The notes under the pieces are model-generated. The model saw nothing but the letters and a program-made list of their open reading frames with translations. It made no database searches and had not been told where the DNA came from. From Sedimentisphaerales bacterium (GTDB lineage: Bacteria; Planctomycetota; Phycisphaerae; Sedimentisphaerales; SM23-30): a stretch of 64,000 nt of DNA. The position numbers were made by a program, and so were the translations under genes. The stretch is from the NCBI GenBank assembly GCA_963666285.1, contig OY762711.1; one strand, 5' to 3'. This document shows, piece by piece, positions 31,155 to 41,704 of this stretch; within the stretch, counting starts at the first letter, position 1; each line of letters starts with the position of its first letter.

Positions 31155-31258
31155 ATGAAAATTGGAATAAGAAAACCTTCGGTAAAAAAATAATCAAAGC
31201 TAGAACAACAGGAAAATTAAAAAGGAAAGTTAAAAAAAGTATTAATCCACTGCTGTGA
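31155..31258 (+). pseudogene. Frameshifted, truncated remnant of a small basic prophage-type protein
   Basis: MKIGIRKPSVKK then stop; one-base shift at the A7 run continues IKARTTGKLKRKVKKSINPL, resembling from memory the MKxGxRKPSxKKSxKARTTGK family of phage hypothetical proteins. Confidence 0.6.
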
Positions 31259-31454
31259 TGATGTAGGGTTGCGGATAATAATGGGACATATAGGACGTAT
31301 AAGACGTATAGGAAAATAGTAAGGAAGAATGGTGGGAAAGTCTGTAGGGCGGTTAGGACGATTGGGACAGTCAGGGCGGATGGTTGCAGGTAATGCATGG
31401 TTATGGTAGTAGCAGTTAGTGGAGAAGGTTGCTGATCGTGCTTGATATATATAT

Positions 31455-31492
31455 GCCGAGCTCCGCCTGAGGCGGATTTCATTCAGCTCGGC
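31455..31492. repeat. Nested REP-like palindrome
   Basis: Outer GCCGAGCT/AGCTCGGC enclosing TCCGCC-TGA-GGCGGA. Confidence 0.6.
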
Positions 31493-31558
31493 GTTCCCAG
31501 GTTTACCAGCCGATGTACATGGCAGGTGGAATTAGGTCGAAAGTGATGGTATAAGTAA

Positions 31559-32287
31559 ATGGAACAAAAAGAAGATGTAAAGAAGCGGGTAATTATCTGG
31601 CAGATATTGCTGCTGCTGTTGTCGGTGTATGTGATAATCGAGATGGCGGTAGAGTTGTTTGTTAAGGTACCTGATGATACAGCAGAGCTGTTGTCTTATA
31701 TTGATACATTTATATGTATTTTGTTTTTGATAGATTTTGGGAATAATGCGGTCAGGGATAAGCTGAAATATTTGAAATGGGGCTGGGTTGACCTGATCTC
31801 GAGTATACCGCTGGTGGGTCCGCTTCGTTTTGGCCGGATATTCAGGATTGTGAGAGTATTGCGATTATTAAAGGCGTTTAAGAATACCAAGTCGGCGGTT
31901 TCGGCGATATTTTCAGATAAGGCTACGGGAGCGTTTGGTACGGTTGCTACGATCTCAATATTTATGATGATATTTTCGTCGGTAGCGATTTTGCATGTAG
32001 AAAAAGCGTCAAATTCCAATATATCAACACCTGGCGATGCGTTGTGGTGGAGCTTTGTGACAATAACAACGGTAGGCTATGGAGATTTTTACCCGGTTAC
32101 AGATGAGGGGCGAGCGATAGCTGCGTTGCTTATGCTGACAGGAGTGGGGCTGTTTGGTACGTTTACCGGATTTGTCGCTACGTGGTTTATCGAAGACGAG
32201 GAAAAGGAACAGACAGAGGAAATGGAAGAAATACGGCAGGAACTGGCAGAGATAAGGAAGATATTGGAGCGTAAAGAAAATGCATAA
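31559..32287 (+). CDS. Voltage-gated-type potassium channel (ion transporter)
   Basis: Six TM segments, Arg-rich S4 RFGRIFRIVRVLRLLK, selectivity filter TTVGYGD. Confidence 0.92.
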   Translation: MEQKEDVKKRVIIWQILLLLLSVYVIIEMAVELFVKVPDDTAELLSYIDTFICILFLIDFGNNAVRDKLKYLKWGWVDLISSIPLVGPLRFGRIFRIVRVLRLLKAFKNTKSAVSAIFSDKATGAFGTVATISIFMMIFSSVAILHVEKASNSNISTPGDALWWSFVTITTVGYGDFYPVTDEGRAIAALLMLTGVGLFGTFTGFVATWFIEDEEKEQTEEMEEIRQELAEIRKILERKENA

Positions 32288-32530
32288 GAAATATGGGGGG
32301 AATGGGAACATATAAGATGGATGGGGAAAGCAGGTAAGAGGTAAGGATTAAGCATCGCAGATGTTTTGGAAGGATGGTTACAAGAGTTAGCGATGGGGAT
32401 AGCGGGGCGATGGAGGATTTTTGAGTGGTTATGTCGTTGTTTCAGGTTTGTCGAGTTTGGTGGTTGAGTGTGTTAATGGTCAAAATAATGCAGTTATATG
32501 CCGGGTAACAGCCTGTTAGACGAATAAAAC

Positions 32531-32567
32531 TTACATATGTCCATCATGTCGTAACGATAGTCCATTT
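32531..32567 (+). promoter_or_regulatory. Conserved 37-bp upstream motif, copy A (copy B at 35569-35605)
   Basis: TTACATATGTCCATCATGTCGTAACGATAGTCCATTT; 32/37 identical to copy B. Confidence 0.6.
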
Positions 32568-32803
32568 ATTTTAAATCTATCGATGTGCTACAATTGCCGA
32601 TGGTATTTACGGACAGTTAAGTATTGTAAAGTTCAATTATATTTGTATAAAGATATTTGATGTATGCTTTAAGTTTTGCTTCTTGTTTAAGGCATAATTT
32701 TAGAGTATGATATAATTTGTTTAGAGTCGGTAACAGGCCGATATATCTGAAAACAAATTGTGAAAGTTAATAATTAAGGTGTTTGAATATCGTCTAGAGC
32801 ATT

Positions 32804-32908
32804 TATACACATTGGGAGAGTATGATTTTGCCCGATTCTCGTAAGGTAGATAATGATAATGTGGATCATTTATGCCAGGTTCGAGTGGGTAATTTCAGCT
32901 GTTATGGG
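32804..32908 (+). repeat. About 100-bp diverged intergenic repeat, copy A (copy B at 36764-36865)
   Basis: Shared collinear blocks TATACAC, GGAG-GTATGATTTTG, AAGGTA-ATAATG-TAATGT, ATTTAT, GGGTA-TTTCA, TGTTATGGG. Confidence 0.65.
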
Positions 32909-33068
32909 GATATATGCAAGAGGGGGGCCTTTATGGACGATATGTCGGTGCCACAATGGAGCGTTGTGCTCGTTGGATTTTTGATATTAAGATAAGCATG
33001 TGTTGTAGGCATGTAATCTGTTTTAAGGCCTCTATCGGCAGGACAATTTTTAAAAGGAGATTTTAGGG

Positions 33069-35123
33069 ATGAAGCAAAAATTTGCATGCCTAATAGCGTT
33101 AACGCTAATTTTCTCAAACTATCAATTCGCAAAGGGTAGTCTCGTAGCTGAATACAGTTTTGAAGAAGGTACCTATTCTGGAACAGAAGGTGCTTTAACG
33201 ATAAGCGATAGTTCAGGTAATGGCAATGACGGCACAATTAAAAAAACAGGAACAACTGTTGTAGTTGATGAAGATCGCGGCAGTGTTCTGAATATTTCAA
33301 GTGAGTCCAGTGGCGGAATGCATGTAGATATTGATCTGCCGGAAGGCGATAAGTCAGTAGCGTTCTGGTGTAAGACAGCAGACCGGGATGGATATGTATT
33401 TGATAACCAGAGCCCTCGCAGTACCCTGTCTATGGGAGGCTCTACCAGCGGCATGTATGGTTACAGTTATAATGGCAGCGGCTGGTGTGCCGGTACAATT
33501 GAATGTCTATCCGACGATCAGTGGCATCATTATGCCTTTACCTTGAATCATGCTGAGACTGTTATGACGGTATACCTGGACGGGTCCGAACTAGAGACTA
33601 TCAGTATTCCTACCGGAGCCGGTGCTATGGTGCCAGCCAGTACGACAGTATTCTTTTCGCGATATTCAGATAATATGGGTGTAAAAGTTGGAAGTTTTGA
33701 TGATCTGTCAGTTTACGATCATGTATTGTCAGCAGTAGAAGTAAGCGGCATGTATTTAGGCGGGTCAGCGGTTGCTCCGACTCCTGAAGATGGCGAAACA
33801 GGCGTCGATGTGGAGATTTCAGCATTGAGCTGGGGTGCACCAGGAGCCTATGAAAACGGGACATATGATGTATATTTTGGAACAGTTGAGCCAAATGAGC
33901 TTTTGGCTGATTATGGATTGACAAAATTGACAGCATCGCCGATAAGCGAAACAAGTATCGATCCAATGCCGGCAGGAGACCTGGAGTATAATACAAAATA
34001 TTACTGGATTGTGGATTCGTTTGAGCCGGGTAATTCCGAGGCATATCAAGGCAAAACATGGTCGTTTGTGACAGCGTTGGAAGACAGATTTCCAGTAGTA
34101 ACACCCGGCAGCAGCTATATAACCTGGCCTGATATTCTGCCTCAGACAGTATCAGCGACGGTAGATGATAATGCCGAAGGCGATATTGCGGATGTTACCT
34201 GGACGATTTCCGGTTATCCCGATCAGTCTGAACCTGCGGCTATGCAGCTGCTGGACCGCGGTATGACATCGGAAGCGGCAATAGCTCAGAAGGCAGCCGG
34301 TTTTGATCCTAATATGCTGTGTGATTTTATCGGGACAGATTCGCGTTCAAGCGACCCAATGACATTGACGCTGACAGGTCTGCCGGCGGGCAGCTATACC
34401 TGGACATCAGTTCACCACGACCTTGGAGACCAGACTGGTAAGTTTGATGTATATGTTGACGGTGTGCTGGTAGATGAGGCAGTAGATATTTCGGCATCAA
34501 CCGAGGAAGTTACAGTATATACAACAACTCTGACGTCAGACGGTACTAATCCGATTGCACTGACATTTGACACTCTGCCGGGCAGTAATGTAAGGGAGAT
34601 GTGGTTTGTGATGAATTGTTTTGAATTGACAAACGGTGTCGATACCATGAAGGTGGACTTTACCGCAACAGCAGACCCACAGGAAAAGATAGCTCCGGGT
34701 TACCAGGGTTACCTGGCAACACATGAAGCTGCCGATAGCTTTACCGCACAAGATTTCAGTTTTGGCTCTGCAACAGTGACAATAGCACCAGCGTGGGATC
34801 CGATGAATGCCGGATGGATAACAGCAAGCATTGAAAGCGTATCTGGCGATGTGCTGGCACTGGCGGCAACCTTTACAACAAACTATGCTGGTGATTATGA
34901 GTTGACGTGTACGGTAACAGATGCAAGTGGTCAGTCAGATTCAGCAACAGTGACAGTACAAGTTGTTGAAGATGCGTGCGTGGCAGCAAGTATGTCCAGT
35001 GACTGGAAAGGTTACAATTCATATGACATAGATGAAAATTGTGTTGTTGACCTTTCAGATTTTGCCTTGTTTGCGGCTGAATGGCTGGAAGATATGGCAA
35101 AGACAGAAGCAGTTGCCTACTAG
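33069..35123 (+). CDS. Secreted LamG-like jellyroll protein with Ig/PKD-like segments and C-terminal dockerin-like motif
   Basis: Signal peptide, DSSGNGNDG, DDQWHHYAFT, VYLDG, FDDLSVYDHVLS, YDVYFGT, YYWIVD, DIDENCVVDLSDFALFAAEWL. Confidence 0.85.
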   Translation: MKQKFACLIALTLIFSNYQFAKGSLVAEYSFEEGTYSGTEGALTISDSSGNGNDGTIKKTGTTVVVDEDRGSVLNISSESSGGMHVDIDLPEGDKSVAFWCKTADRDGYVFDNQSPRSTLSMGGSTSGMYGYSYNGSGWCAGTIECLSDDQWHHYAFTLNHAETVMTVYLDGSELETISIPTGAGAMVPASTTVFFSRYSDNMGVKVGSFDDLSVYDHVLSAVEVSGMYLGGSAVAPTPEDGETGVDVEISALSWGAPGAYENGTYDVYFGTVEPNELLADYGLTKLTASPISETSIDPMPAGDLEYNTKYYWIVDSFEPGNSEAYQGKTWSFVTALEDRFPVVTPGSSYITWPDILPQTVSATVDDNAEGDIADVTWTISGYPDQSEPAAMQLLDRGMTSEAAIAQKAAGFDPNMLCDFIGTDSRSSDPMTLTLTGLPAGSYTWTSVHHDLGDQTGKFDVYVDGVLVDEAVDISASTEEVTVYTTTLTSDGTNPIALTFDTLPGSNVREMWFVMNCFELTNGVDTMKVDFTATADPQEKIAPGYQGYLATHEAADSFTAQDFSFGSATVTIAPAWDPMNAGWITASIESVSGDVLALAATFTTNYAGDYELTCTVTDASGQSDSATVTVQVVEDACVAASMSSDWKGYNSYDIDENCVVDLSDFALFAAEWLEDMAKTEAVAY

Positions 35124-35568
35124 GTTTAGCATTATCTTTAGATAACTAATTTCGTAACCGTTCACACGGTTACAGTAATAAGATATAAGTAAAAAGAAAT
35201 AAGCTAAGGTGTCGCTTATCGCGAACTATTAAAAAGCTTCGCAAACTCAGAATCTGACACAAATGACGCACCTGTGAATGCTTACCTAATTTCTATAATA
35301 TTTGATGAGCGTTTGGTAGAGTTAATCATACTCAATCATCGCTCATCATTTTTTTGCAATTTGCTTGAAAGAATTGATAATGCGTTTTTGGCAGGTGGCA
35401 ATTATGAGAGATGTGCTTTTGGATGTTCGACATTATCAGTCAAGGTCGGAAAAAGTTCGATAAAGAGAAAAGCCAATAATGAAAAGAATGGTTTTGGTGT
35501 TATCGATTTTCGCATTGTAATTGTTTAAGCAGTTAACCTGTTAAATTAGTGAGTTAGAAAACAAAAAG

Positions 35569-35605
35569 TTACATATGTCCATTATGTAATAACGTTAATC
35601 CATTT
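35569..35605 (+). promoter_or_regulatory. Conserved 37-bp upstream motif, copy B
   Basis: TTACATATGTCCATTATGTAATAACGTTAATCCATTT, about 150 bp before the prepilin gene. Confidence 0.6.
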
Positions 35606-35756
35606 TACAAAACGATAATATTATTATACTAATTATTAGTGTAGTGTAAAAGCACAGCTTTGCGCTTTCGGTAATATATAGCTGAATTTTGCCTGTTGAT
35701 AAGATTGCAGGCAACATCTGAAAAGTGCAATAATACCTAATATCCAATAAACAGGA

Positions 35757-36641
35757 ATGAAGATGAGCCAGAGAAAAATTAAAACATTGAACCGGGCATT
35801 TACTTTGATAGAACTTCTTGTTGTTATTTCAATAATAGCATTACTGGTTAGTATTTTGATGCCGGCGTTGAATAAGGCGAAGATGCAGGCTACCAGTGCG
35901 GTATGCCTGACCAATATGAAACAATTGTCCACAGGCTGGTTTATGTATGCAATGGATAATGATGACAGTATTATCAGGGCAACAATGGGCGAGTCGTCTG
36001 AGATTAAAGGCAGTTGGATAGGCTGTCCCCGTGATGAAAATGGGAATTATATGACGCATGAGCAGGTTACTCCGCCAGTAGAAGATGAAGATGAGATACG
36101 AGGGATAGAAGAAGGAGCACTATATAAGTATGTCGATGTTCCTGAAACATATCATTGTCCCGGCGAGAGGTTGAGTAAGCGTAAAAGCAAATATGACGGG
36201 ACGACGGTTTTTGTTTCTTATGCAGTACCTGAATGTTTGAATGGAGTAAATAACCAATTTAAGCAAGTAATAAAATTAAATAAGATTAAGACGCCGTCTG
36301 AAAAATATAATTTTGTCGAATCGGCTGAGGAGCGGAATTATAACTATCGAGCTCATTTTGTGATTGGAACACCAGAGCTTTCCAGTGCAGGAGGAGTCTG
36401 GCATTGGTGGGGTCCGATGGCTATTAACCATGGGCGAAGCGGTAATCTTGGATATTGCGACGGTCATGCAGAGAATAAAGTGTGGGAGAATCAATTTACT
36501 ATTGATCGAGTAAAGAAGCTTAGTGCCCAGTCGGTTGCTCTCTATAATCTGGAACTTCCGGAAGGTGGAACCGAAGATCTTGAATTTATGGCACGAGGTT
36601 GGCCGGCAAGTCAGACATCATTTGTGTTTAAGAACAAATAA
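35757..36641 (+). CDS. Prepilin-type N-terminal cleavage/methylation protein with H-X9-DG motif (DUF1559-like)
   Basis: AFTLIELLVVISIIALLVSILMPAL, YHCPG, HGRSGNLGYCDGH. Confidence 0.9.
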   Translation: MKMSQRKIKTLNRAFTLIELLVVISIIALLVSILMPALNKAKMQATSAVCLTNMKQLSTGWFMYAMDNDDSIIRATMGESSEIKGSWIGCPRDENGNYMTHEQVTPPVEDEDEIRGIEEGALYKYVDVPETYHCPGERLSKRKSKYDGTTVFVSYAVPECLNGVNNQFKQVIKLNKIKTPSEKYNFVESAEERNYNYRAHFVIGTPELSSAGGVWHWWGPMAINHGRSGNLGYCDGHAENKVWENQFTIDRVKKLSAQSVALYNLELPEGGTEDLEFMARGWPASQTSFVFKNK

Positions 36642-36763
36642 CTCAAACCGGTCTGAGGCCATTGAAAGAGATAAGGGATTGGGAAATAGGGGCAGGTAAG
36701 ACAGAGTAGCGGTTGTGTGAGTTCGGGGCATAGGGTGAGTCAGGACATGGGTATCGGTTTGTC

Positions 36764-36865
36764 TATACACAGGAGTGTATGATTTTGACTGGTTGTTTGG
36801 AAGGTAAATAATGGTAATGTAATTATTTATATTACGCTTGGACGGGTATTTTCAATTGTTATGGG
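36764..36865 (+). repeat. About 100-bp diverged intergenic repeat, copy B
   Basis: Collinear similarity to 32804-32908. Confidence 0.65.
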
Positions 36866-37178
36866 TACATCCTGGCTATATCTCAGCGTTCTGGAAAAGC
36901 AGAAAGTATTATATTGTGTTTTTGGAGGAGGGGTGTAAAAAAAATAGGGGTTATCCGTTATGAGTAAAGCAGGCTTTTTACTTATAAACTCTTTGCCGGG
37001 TAATATTTATGTAACATTTTACCGGTCGGGTGGTTTTTGTTTGTTTTTCATGTATTGTTATGATAAAATTATCAATTGTAGAGTGAATTTTTGAGTAATA
37101 TTGAGTACTAACTGTCCTGGAAAATTTGACGTGTAAGGTCATGTTTCCCGGATAGGATAACTGAGTGGAGAAACTTAA

Positions 37179-37766
37179 ATGAAGAAGAAGTTGTTTGTGC
37201 TTGCGGTTTTGGTATGTTTAATTTCACCTGCAGTAAATGCGGCGATAGATTCGGTTACATTTGATGTTTCAGATCCATTATCATTTTCGATGAATGCCGA
37301 GCAGTATTTTATCAGCTGTGATATTGATATAAGGGTAAGTGAAAATGATACAGCGTTAATAGCTGATATTTTTGACTGGGACAGTTTCGCATCGACCGAG
37401 ACATTTACCGGTTATATGTTTGGTGAAAGAGAGATCGAATGGCTGGTGCCGGCAGCAATCATTAATACATTAACACTGGATTCCGACAGTTATGCAAATG
37501 TAACTTGTACCGCAACATCGCCACAGTCAAGTGTGTATAAAAGTTCAGAGATGTTTAGTGTATCATTTGCGGAAGGCTGGGGCTATGCAGGTTTGGATGA
37601 GCCGGCGATAGCGACAATAGAGATTTATGCTAAAAGTATAGACTCATTCCAGACAGCGGGCGATTACTCAGATGTAGTAATTGGCAGTTTTACCGTCGTG
37701 CCTGAACCGTTTACTCTTGGCCTGTTGTCTGTCGGCGGGCTTGCGGTATTGCGAAGAAGAGGATAA
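37179..37766 (+). CDS. PEP-CTERM sorting domain protein
   Basis: Signal peptide; C-terminus VPEPFTLGLLSVGGLAVLRRRG. Confidence 0.9.
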   Translation: MKKKLFVLAVLVCLISPAVNAAIDSVTFDVSDPLSFSMNAEQYFISCDIDIRVSENDTALIADIFDWDSFASTETFTGYMFGEREIEWLVPAAIINTLTLDSDSYANVTCTATSPQSSVYKSSEMFSVSFAEGWGYAGLDEPAIATIEIYAKSIDSFQTAGDYSDVVIGSFTVVPEPFTLGLLSVGGLAVLRRRG

Positions 37767-37939
37767 TACAGGCTGTTGGAAATCGGCAAGTGAGAATAGC
37801 GGCAGGAAAAGCTGGTTTGAAATTTACAATCGGATAAGATGCAGACTGCCTAGGGCAGTTACGCTGATGTGATAGTAGTTTAATGCCAGCGTGTAATGAG
37901 GTTTATTTATATAGGCCGGTTAAGTTGTATTGAGATAAT

Positions 37940-37975
37940 AAAAAAAGGGCTGGAAGTAATATTCCAAGCCCTTTT
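37940..37975. terminator. Bidirectional intrinsic terminator
   Basis: AAAAAAAGGGCTGGAA-GTAATA-TTCCAAGCCCTTTT between convergent genes. Confidence 0.75.
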
Positions 37976-38005
37976 CATTTTATATAATAATAACCTGCGG
38001 TAAGA

Positions 38006-39808
38006 CTAAAGTTTGAGTCCTAGCGGGTTGTCGCTGCCATCATGGCCGCCGATGCCGCCTTTGAGGTTCTTCTTGCGTTTTGGTTTGGCAGGAGCAGCGG
38101 TAGTATCTTCTGCGGTTTCCTGCGCGGTTTCGTCGGCAGGAGTTTCCATGAGAGCCTTGATGGAAAGAGCGATTCGCTTGCGTCTAGGATCAACTTCCAG
38201 TACCCTGACTTTAACCTCTTCGCCTTCAGAGACCGCGTCTCCGGCACGTTTGATGTGTTTGTCAGAAAGTTCTGAAATGTGAATAAGTCCGTCAACGCCA
38301 GGTTCGAGTTCGACAAAAGCGCCGAAGTCGCTGAGACGAACCACCTTGCCGGTGTAATCGTTTTCCGGAGCGTATTTCTCTTCGATATTTTCCCAAGGGT
38401 TGCCCTGAACGGCCTTGATACTCATGGATATCTGTTTGTCTTCCTTTGAGCATTTTAGAATCTCAACATCGACAACATCGCCTTCTGAGACCACTTCTTT
38501 TGGATGGTTAACTCTGCCAAGCCAGCTCATTTCGCTGACCGGTATAAGACCTTCTATGCCAGGTTCTAGTTGAGCGAAGGCCCCGAAGTTCATTAGTCGA
38601 ACGATTTTAGCCTGGCAATGCATGCCGACCGGGAATTTCTGGTCAACAGTTGCCCATGGGTCGCCTGAAACCAGCTTCATGCTGAGAGCGAGTCTTTTCT
38701 TTTCCCGGTTGACTTCTTTAATGAAAACATCTACCTGCTGGCCGACAACGAGGAATTCCGAAGGTTTATCGATGTGAGCCCAGCTGATTTCGCTGACATG
38801 AACAAGGCCGTCTATGCCACCGAGGTCGATAAACGCACCGTAGTCCATAATGCTGCGAACAGTACCTTTGCGAATCTGTCCCTGTTCGAGCTGGTCCCAG
38901 AGCTGTGCAGCGTTTGCCTTATGTTCTGCTTCGATAATTTTGCGGCGGCTGATAACGATATTACGGTCGTTACGGTCAGCCTGGGTAACAGCACAGATAA
39001 ATTTCTGGCCGACAAGTTTATCTTTATCTTCGTCTTCGATTCGATGAATGTCAATTTGAGAAATCGGCATGAAAGCCTTGATGCCGCCCTTGATCTTCAT
39101 ATCCAGTCCGCCCTTATTGGAACCGGTAACAGTTGCTTCGACATGGTCGCCGACCTTTAGGTTTTTGAGCATGATCTGCTGGGTAGCGGCGTTGCGGGAG
39201 AGAATGACGATGCCGTCTTTCGGGTCGCGTCCGACAATACATACATCAATCGGATCGCCTTCCTTTAAGACTTCGTCCGGCTCAAATTCGTCTTTTGGCA
39301 GAAAACCTTCCGATTTGCCGCCCAGCCCGGTAATAAAAGCACCGTCAGCTTCGACTTTATATATTGTGCCTCGCAGAATTCCCGGAATTGGTTTATCGTC
39401 GGTAATATCGGCAGCAGAATCAGCAGGTTGGTCTTTTGAAGGAGCCGGTCTGCTGAGATCAATATCCATAAGTGACACATCTCCAAGAGCTTGCGCGACT
39501 TCCGCTTCGATATCATCATCTTGCTCCGGCCCAGGAATAGCGACCTGGCCATAACTCTGAGCAGCAGGCGAGTCAGGCTGAGGCTGGAATGCCGGATGCT
39601 GGTCTTTTGGTAAAACGACCACGTGGTCAGGAGTTTTAATATCTTCTGAACCAGCGACAGGCTGCTGTTCTGTCTGATCAGCGTTTTCAGTGATATTAGC
39701 ATCAGCTTCTGAACTTTGAGTTTCAGGAGCAGGATTCTGGTTCTGGTTTTCAGCATTTTCAGCTGGAATTTCTACATTATCGTTGTTTTTTTCTGGGGTT
39801 TCATTCAT
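38006..39808 (-). CDS. Ribosomal protein S1-like multi-S1-domain RNA-binding protein with acidic low-complexity N-terminus
   Basis: Repeated S1 motifs [56 protein letters not shown]. Confidence 0.9.
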   Translation of the reverse strand: MNETPEKNNDNVEIPAENAENQNQNPAPETQSSEADANITENADQTEQQPVAGSEDIKTPDHVVVLPKDQHPAFQPQPDSPAAQSYGQVAIPGPEQDDDIEAEVAQALGDVSLMDIDLSRPAPSKDQPADSAADITDDKPIPGILRGTIYKVEADGAFITGLGGKSEGFLPKDEFEPDEVLKEGDPIDVCIVGRDPKDGIVILSRNAATQQIMLKNLKVGDHVEATVTGSNKGGLDMKIKGGIKAFMPISQIDIHRIEDEDKDKLVGQKFICAVTQADRNDRNIVISRRKIIEAEHKANAAQLWDQLEQGQIRKGTVRSIMDYGAFIDLGGIDGLVHVSEISWAHIDKPSEFLVVGQQVDVFIKEVNREKKRLALSMKLVSGDPWATVDQKFPVGMHCQAKIVRLMNFGAFAQLEPGIEGLIPVSEMSWLGRVNHPKEVVSEGDVVDVEILKCSKEDKQISMSIKAVQGNPWENIEEKYAPENDYTGKVVRLSDFGAFVELEPGVDGLIHISELSDKHIKRAGDAVSEGEEVKVRVLEVDPRRKRIALSIKALMETPADETAQETAEDTTAAPAKPKRKKNLKGGIGGHDGSDNPLGLKL

Positions 39809-40213
39809 TTTACTAAAGACCTTAGTTAATACAAAAGTATAAATATATATATGGCAAGTACTTATATTTTAATGGTGATAAGTGGAGCCAGTTTCTCATT
39901 TTTCTAACAGCAATAATCATATTGTAAGAAATTAGATCGACAAAAAACTACCATTGGATTATCAAAAAATCGAAAAGGAGGCTTAATGATGGCTAATTAT
40001 CTCATCTTAACTTGTAATTAGGCTTAACCCAAAGAGCAAAGCATTATAGCTGTCTTTTGGTGGTTTGTCCATAACTAATTGTCAGAATATAATCGTGTTT
40101 CGTCGTATTTTGGCAGTAAAATGTCAGCTGTGGGAAAAGATATAGTTCGGGGAGTTAAAAATATGATTATATGGCTTGATAAAGGCAGTATAAGTGGTTA
40201 ATATGTAAAATGT

Positions 40214-41611
40214 ATGGATACAAAAACAATTAATTACGTAGCGCTTGGATGCGCCAAAAATCAAATTGATGCCGAGAAAATGCTTGGCTCACTCACCTCA
40301 GCCGGATATGTCTTAGTAGGCCCGGATGATCATGCAGACGCAACGATAATCAACACCTGTGGATTTATAGAAGATGCTCGCACTGAAGCAGTCGCTCATA
40401 TCGAATGGGCATTGGAACAGAAGAGCAAGGGAAATGTAGGTTTTGTTATTGTTACCGGATGCCTGGCCCAGTTATGGGGTGAGGAATGTTTTGAAAAGAT
40501 CAGCAGTGATATTGATGCCATTGTTCGCCTTGATAAGCGAGACAAGCTGGTAGAGATCCTGGGAAGCCTGCTGAAAGGGGATAGTAAAGTCGGTCAGGTT
40601 CATGGAGTTGAGAAATGGAGCGGGGTGTCGAGCGATCACGAACGAATGAGGCTTACAGATCGGAGTTGGGCATATCTAAGGATAAGTGAAGGGTGTAACC
40701 GCTGGTGCAGTTATTGTACAATCCCATCGATCCGGGGCGAGTTTCGCAGTAAGAGTATGTCCGAGATAGTCTCAGAGGCAAAAGAGCTGATAGCGGATGG
40801 TGCGATTGAGATTAACCTGATCGGCCAGGAGACGAGTTTGTGGGGAAGCGACATTGAGGGCAGCGGCGGGCTGGCCGCTTTGTTGAGAGAGCTGAATAAA
40901 TTGGAAGGTTTGCTCTGGCTGAGGGTAATGTATACCCATCCGGCCAGTTTGAGTGATGAGATAATAGAAGCGATGGCGGAATGCGAGAGAGTGGTACCTT
41001 ATGTCGATTTACCACTGCAGCATATCAATGACAGGATTCTCAAATTAATGAATCGCCGTGTAGACCGCGATTATGTTGAAGATTTGATCCAGAAGCTGCG
41101 TGAGCGGATCCCCGGAGTGGTTGTCAGGACAACAATGATAGTAGGGTTTCCATCGGAGAGCGAAGCAGAGTTTCGCGAGATGGTTGATTTCGTAAAGGAA
41201 ACCGAGTTCGATATGCTCGGAGCGTTTGCGTATTCGGCGGAGCCGGGAACGGCAGCGGCGGAGATAGAAGGTCATATTGATGATGAGTTAAAAGAGAAAA
41301 GGCTTGAGGAACTTATGCTGGCACAACAGGATATAGCCTTTGAGAAAGCCGCTTCGCAGATTGGCAGTGAATATGATTGTTTGCTGGTGAACTATATATA
41401 TGAGGAAGACCTGGAAGAACTGGGGCTGGATAAAGAGCTGCAGTGGTTTGAGGGCCGGTCGGCAATGCAGGGGCCCGAAGTTGACAGTGCAACCTGGGTT
41501 GGGATAGATGACGCAGATGAGATAGTACCGGGAATGATAATCGAAGTTAAGGTAGTGGATGCCGTGGATTATGACCTGGTAGCGGTACCAACAGGAAGAT
41601 CCTTGTGTTAA
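40214..41611 (+). CDS. rimO: Ribosomal protein S12 methylthiotransferase
   Basis: LGCAKNQIDAE, INTCGFIE, YLRISEGCNRWCSYC, YVDLPLQH, GRS..QGPEVD TRAM region. Confidence 0.92.
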   Translation: MDTKTINYVALGCAKNQIDAEKMLGSLTSAGYVLVGPDDHADATIINTCGFIEDARTEAVAHIEWALEQKSKGNVGFVIVTGCLAQLWGEECFEKISSDIDAIVRLDKRDKLVEILGSLLKGDSKVGQVHGVEKWSGVSSDHERMRLTDRSWAYLRISEGCNRWCSYCTIPSIRGEFRSKSMSEIVSEAKELIADGAIEINLIGQETSLWGSDIEGSGGLAALLRELNKLEGLLWLRVMYTHPASLSDEIIEAMAECERVVPYVDLPLQHINDRILKLMNRRVDRDYVEDLIQKLRERIPGVVVRTTMIVGFPSESEAEFREMVDFVKETEFDMLGAFAYSAEPGTAAAEIEGHIDDELKEKRLEELMLAQQDIAFEKAASQIGSEYDCLLVNYIYEEDLEELGLDKELQWFEGRSAMQGPEVDSATWVGIDDADEIVPGMIIEVKVVDAVDYDLVAVPTGRSLC

Positions 41612-41704
41612 TGTAGTCTTGAAGTGTTTCAACTTGCAGGCTTTAATCAAAATGATAGACTTAAGCAGTCCGATAGGCAGTAAAAGTGTAAAGTCGTATA
41701 AATA

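Noticed and set aside
25600..37800. Classical integron cassette array
   Set aside because: No intI integrase and no convincing attC (RYYYAAC...GTTRRRY with paired L boxes) seen; only the non-attC repeats reported above.
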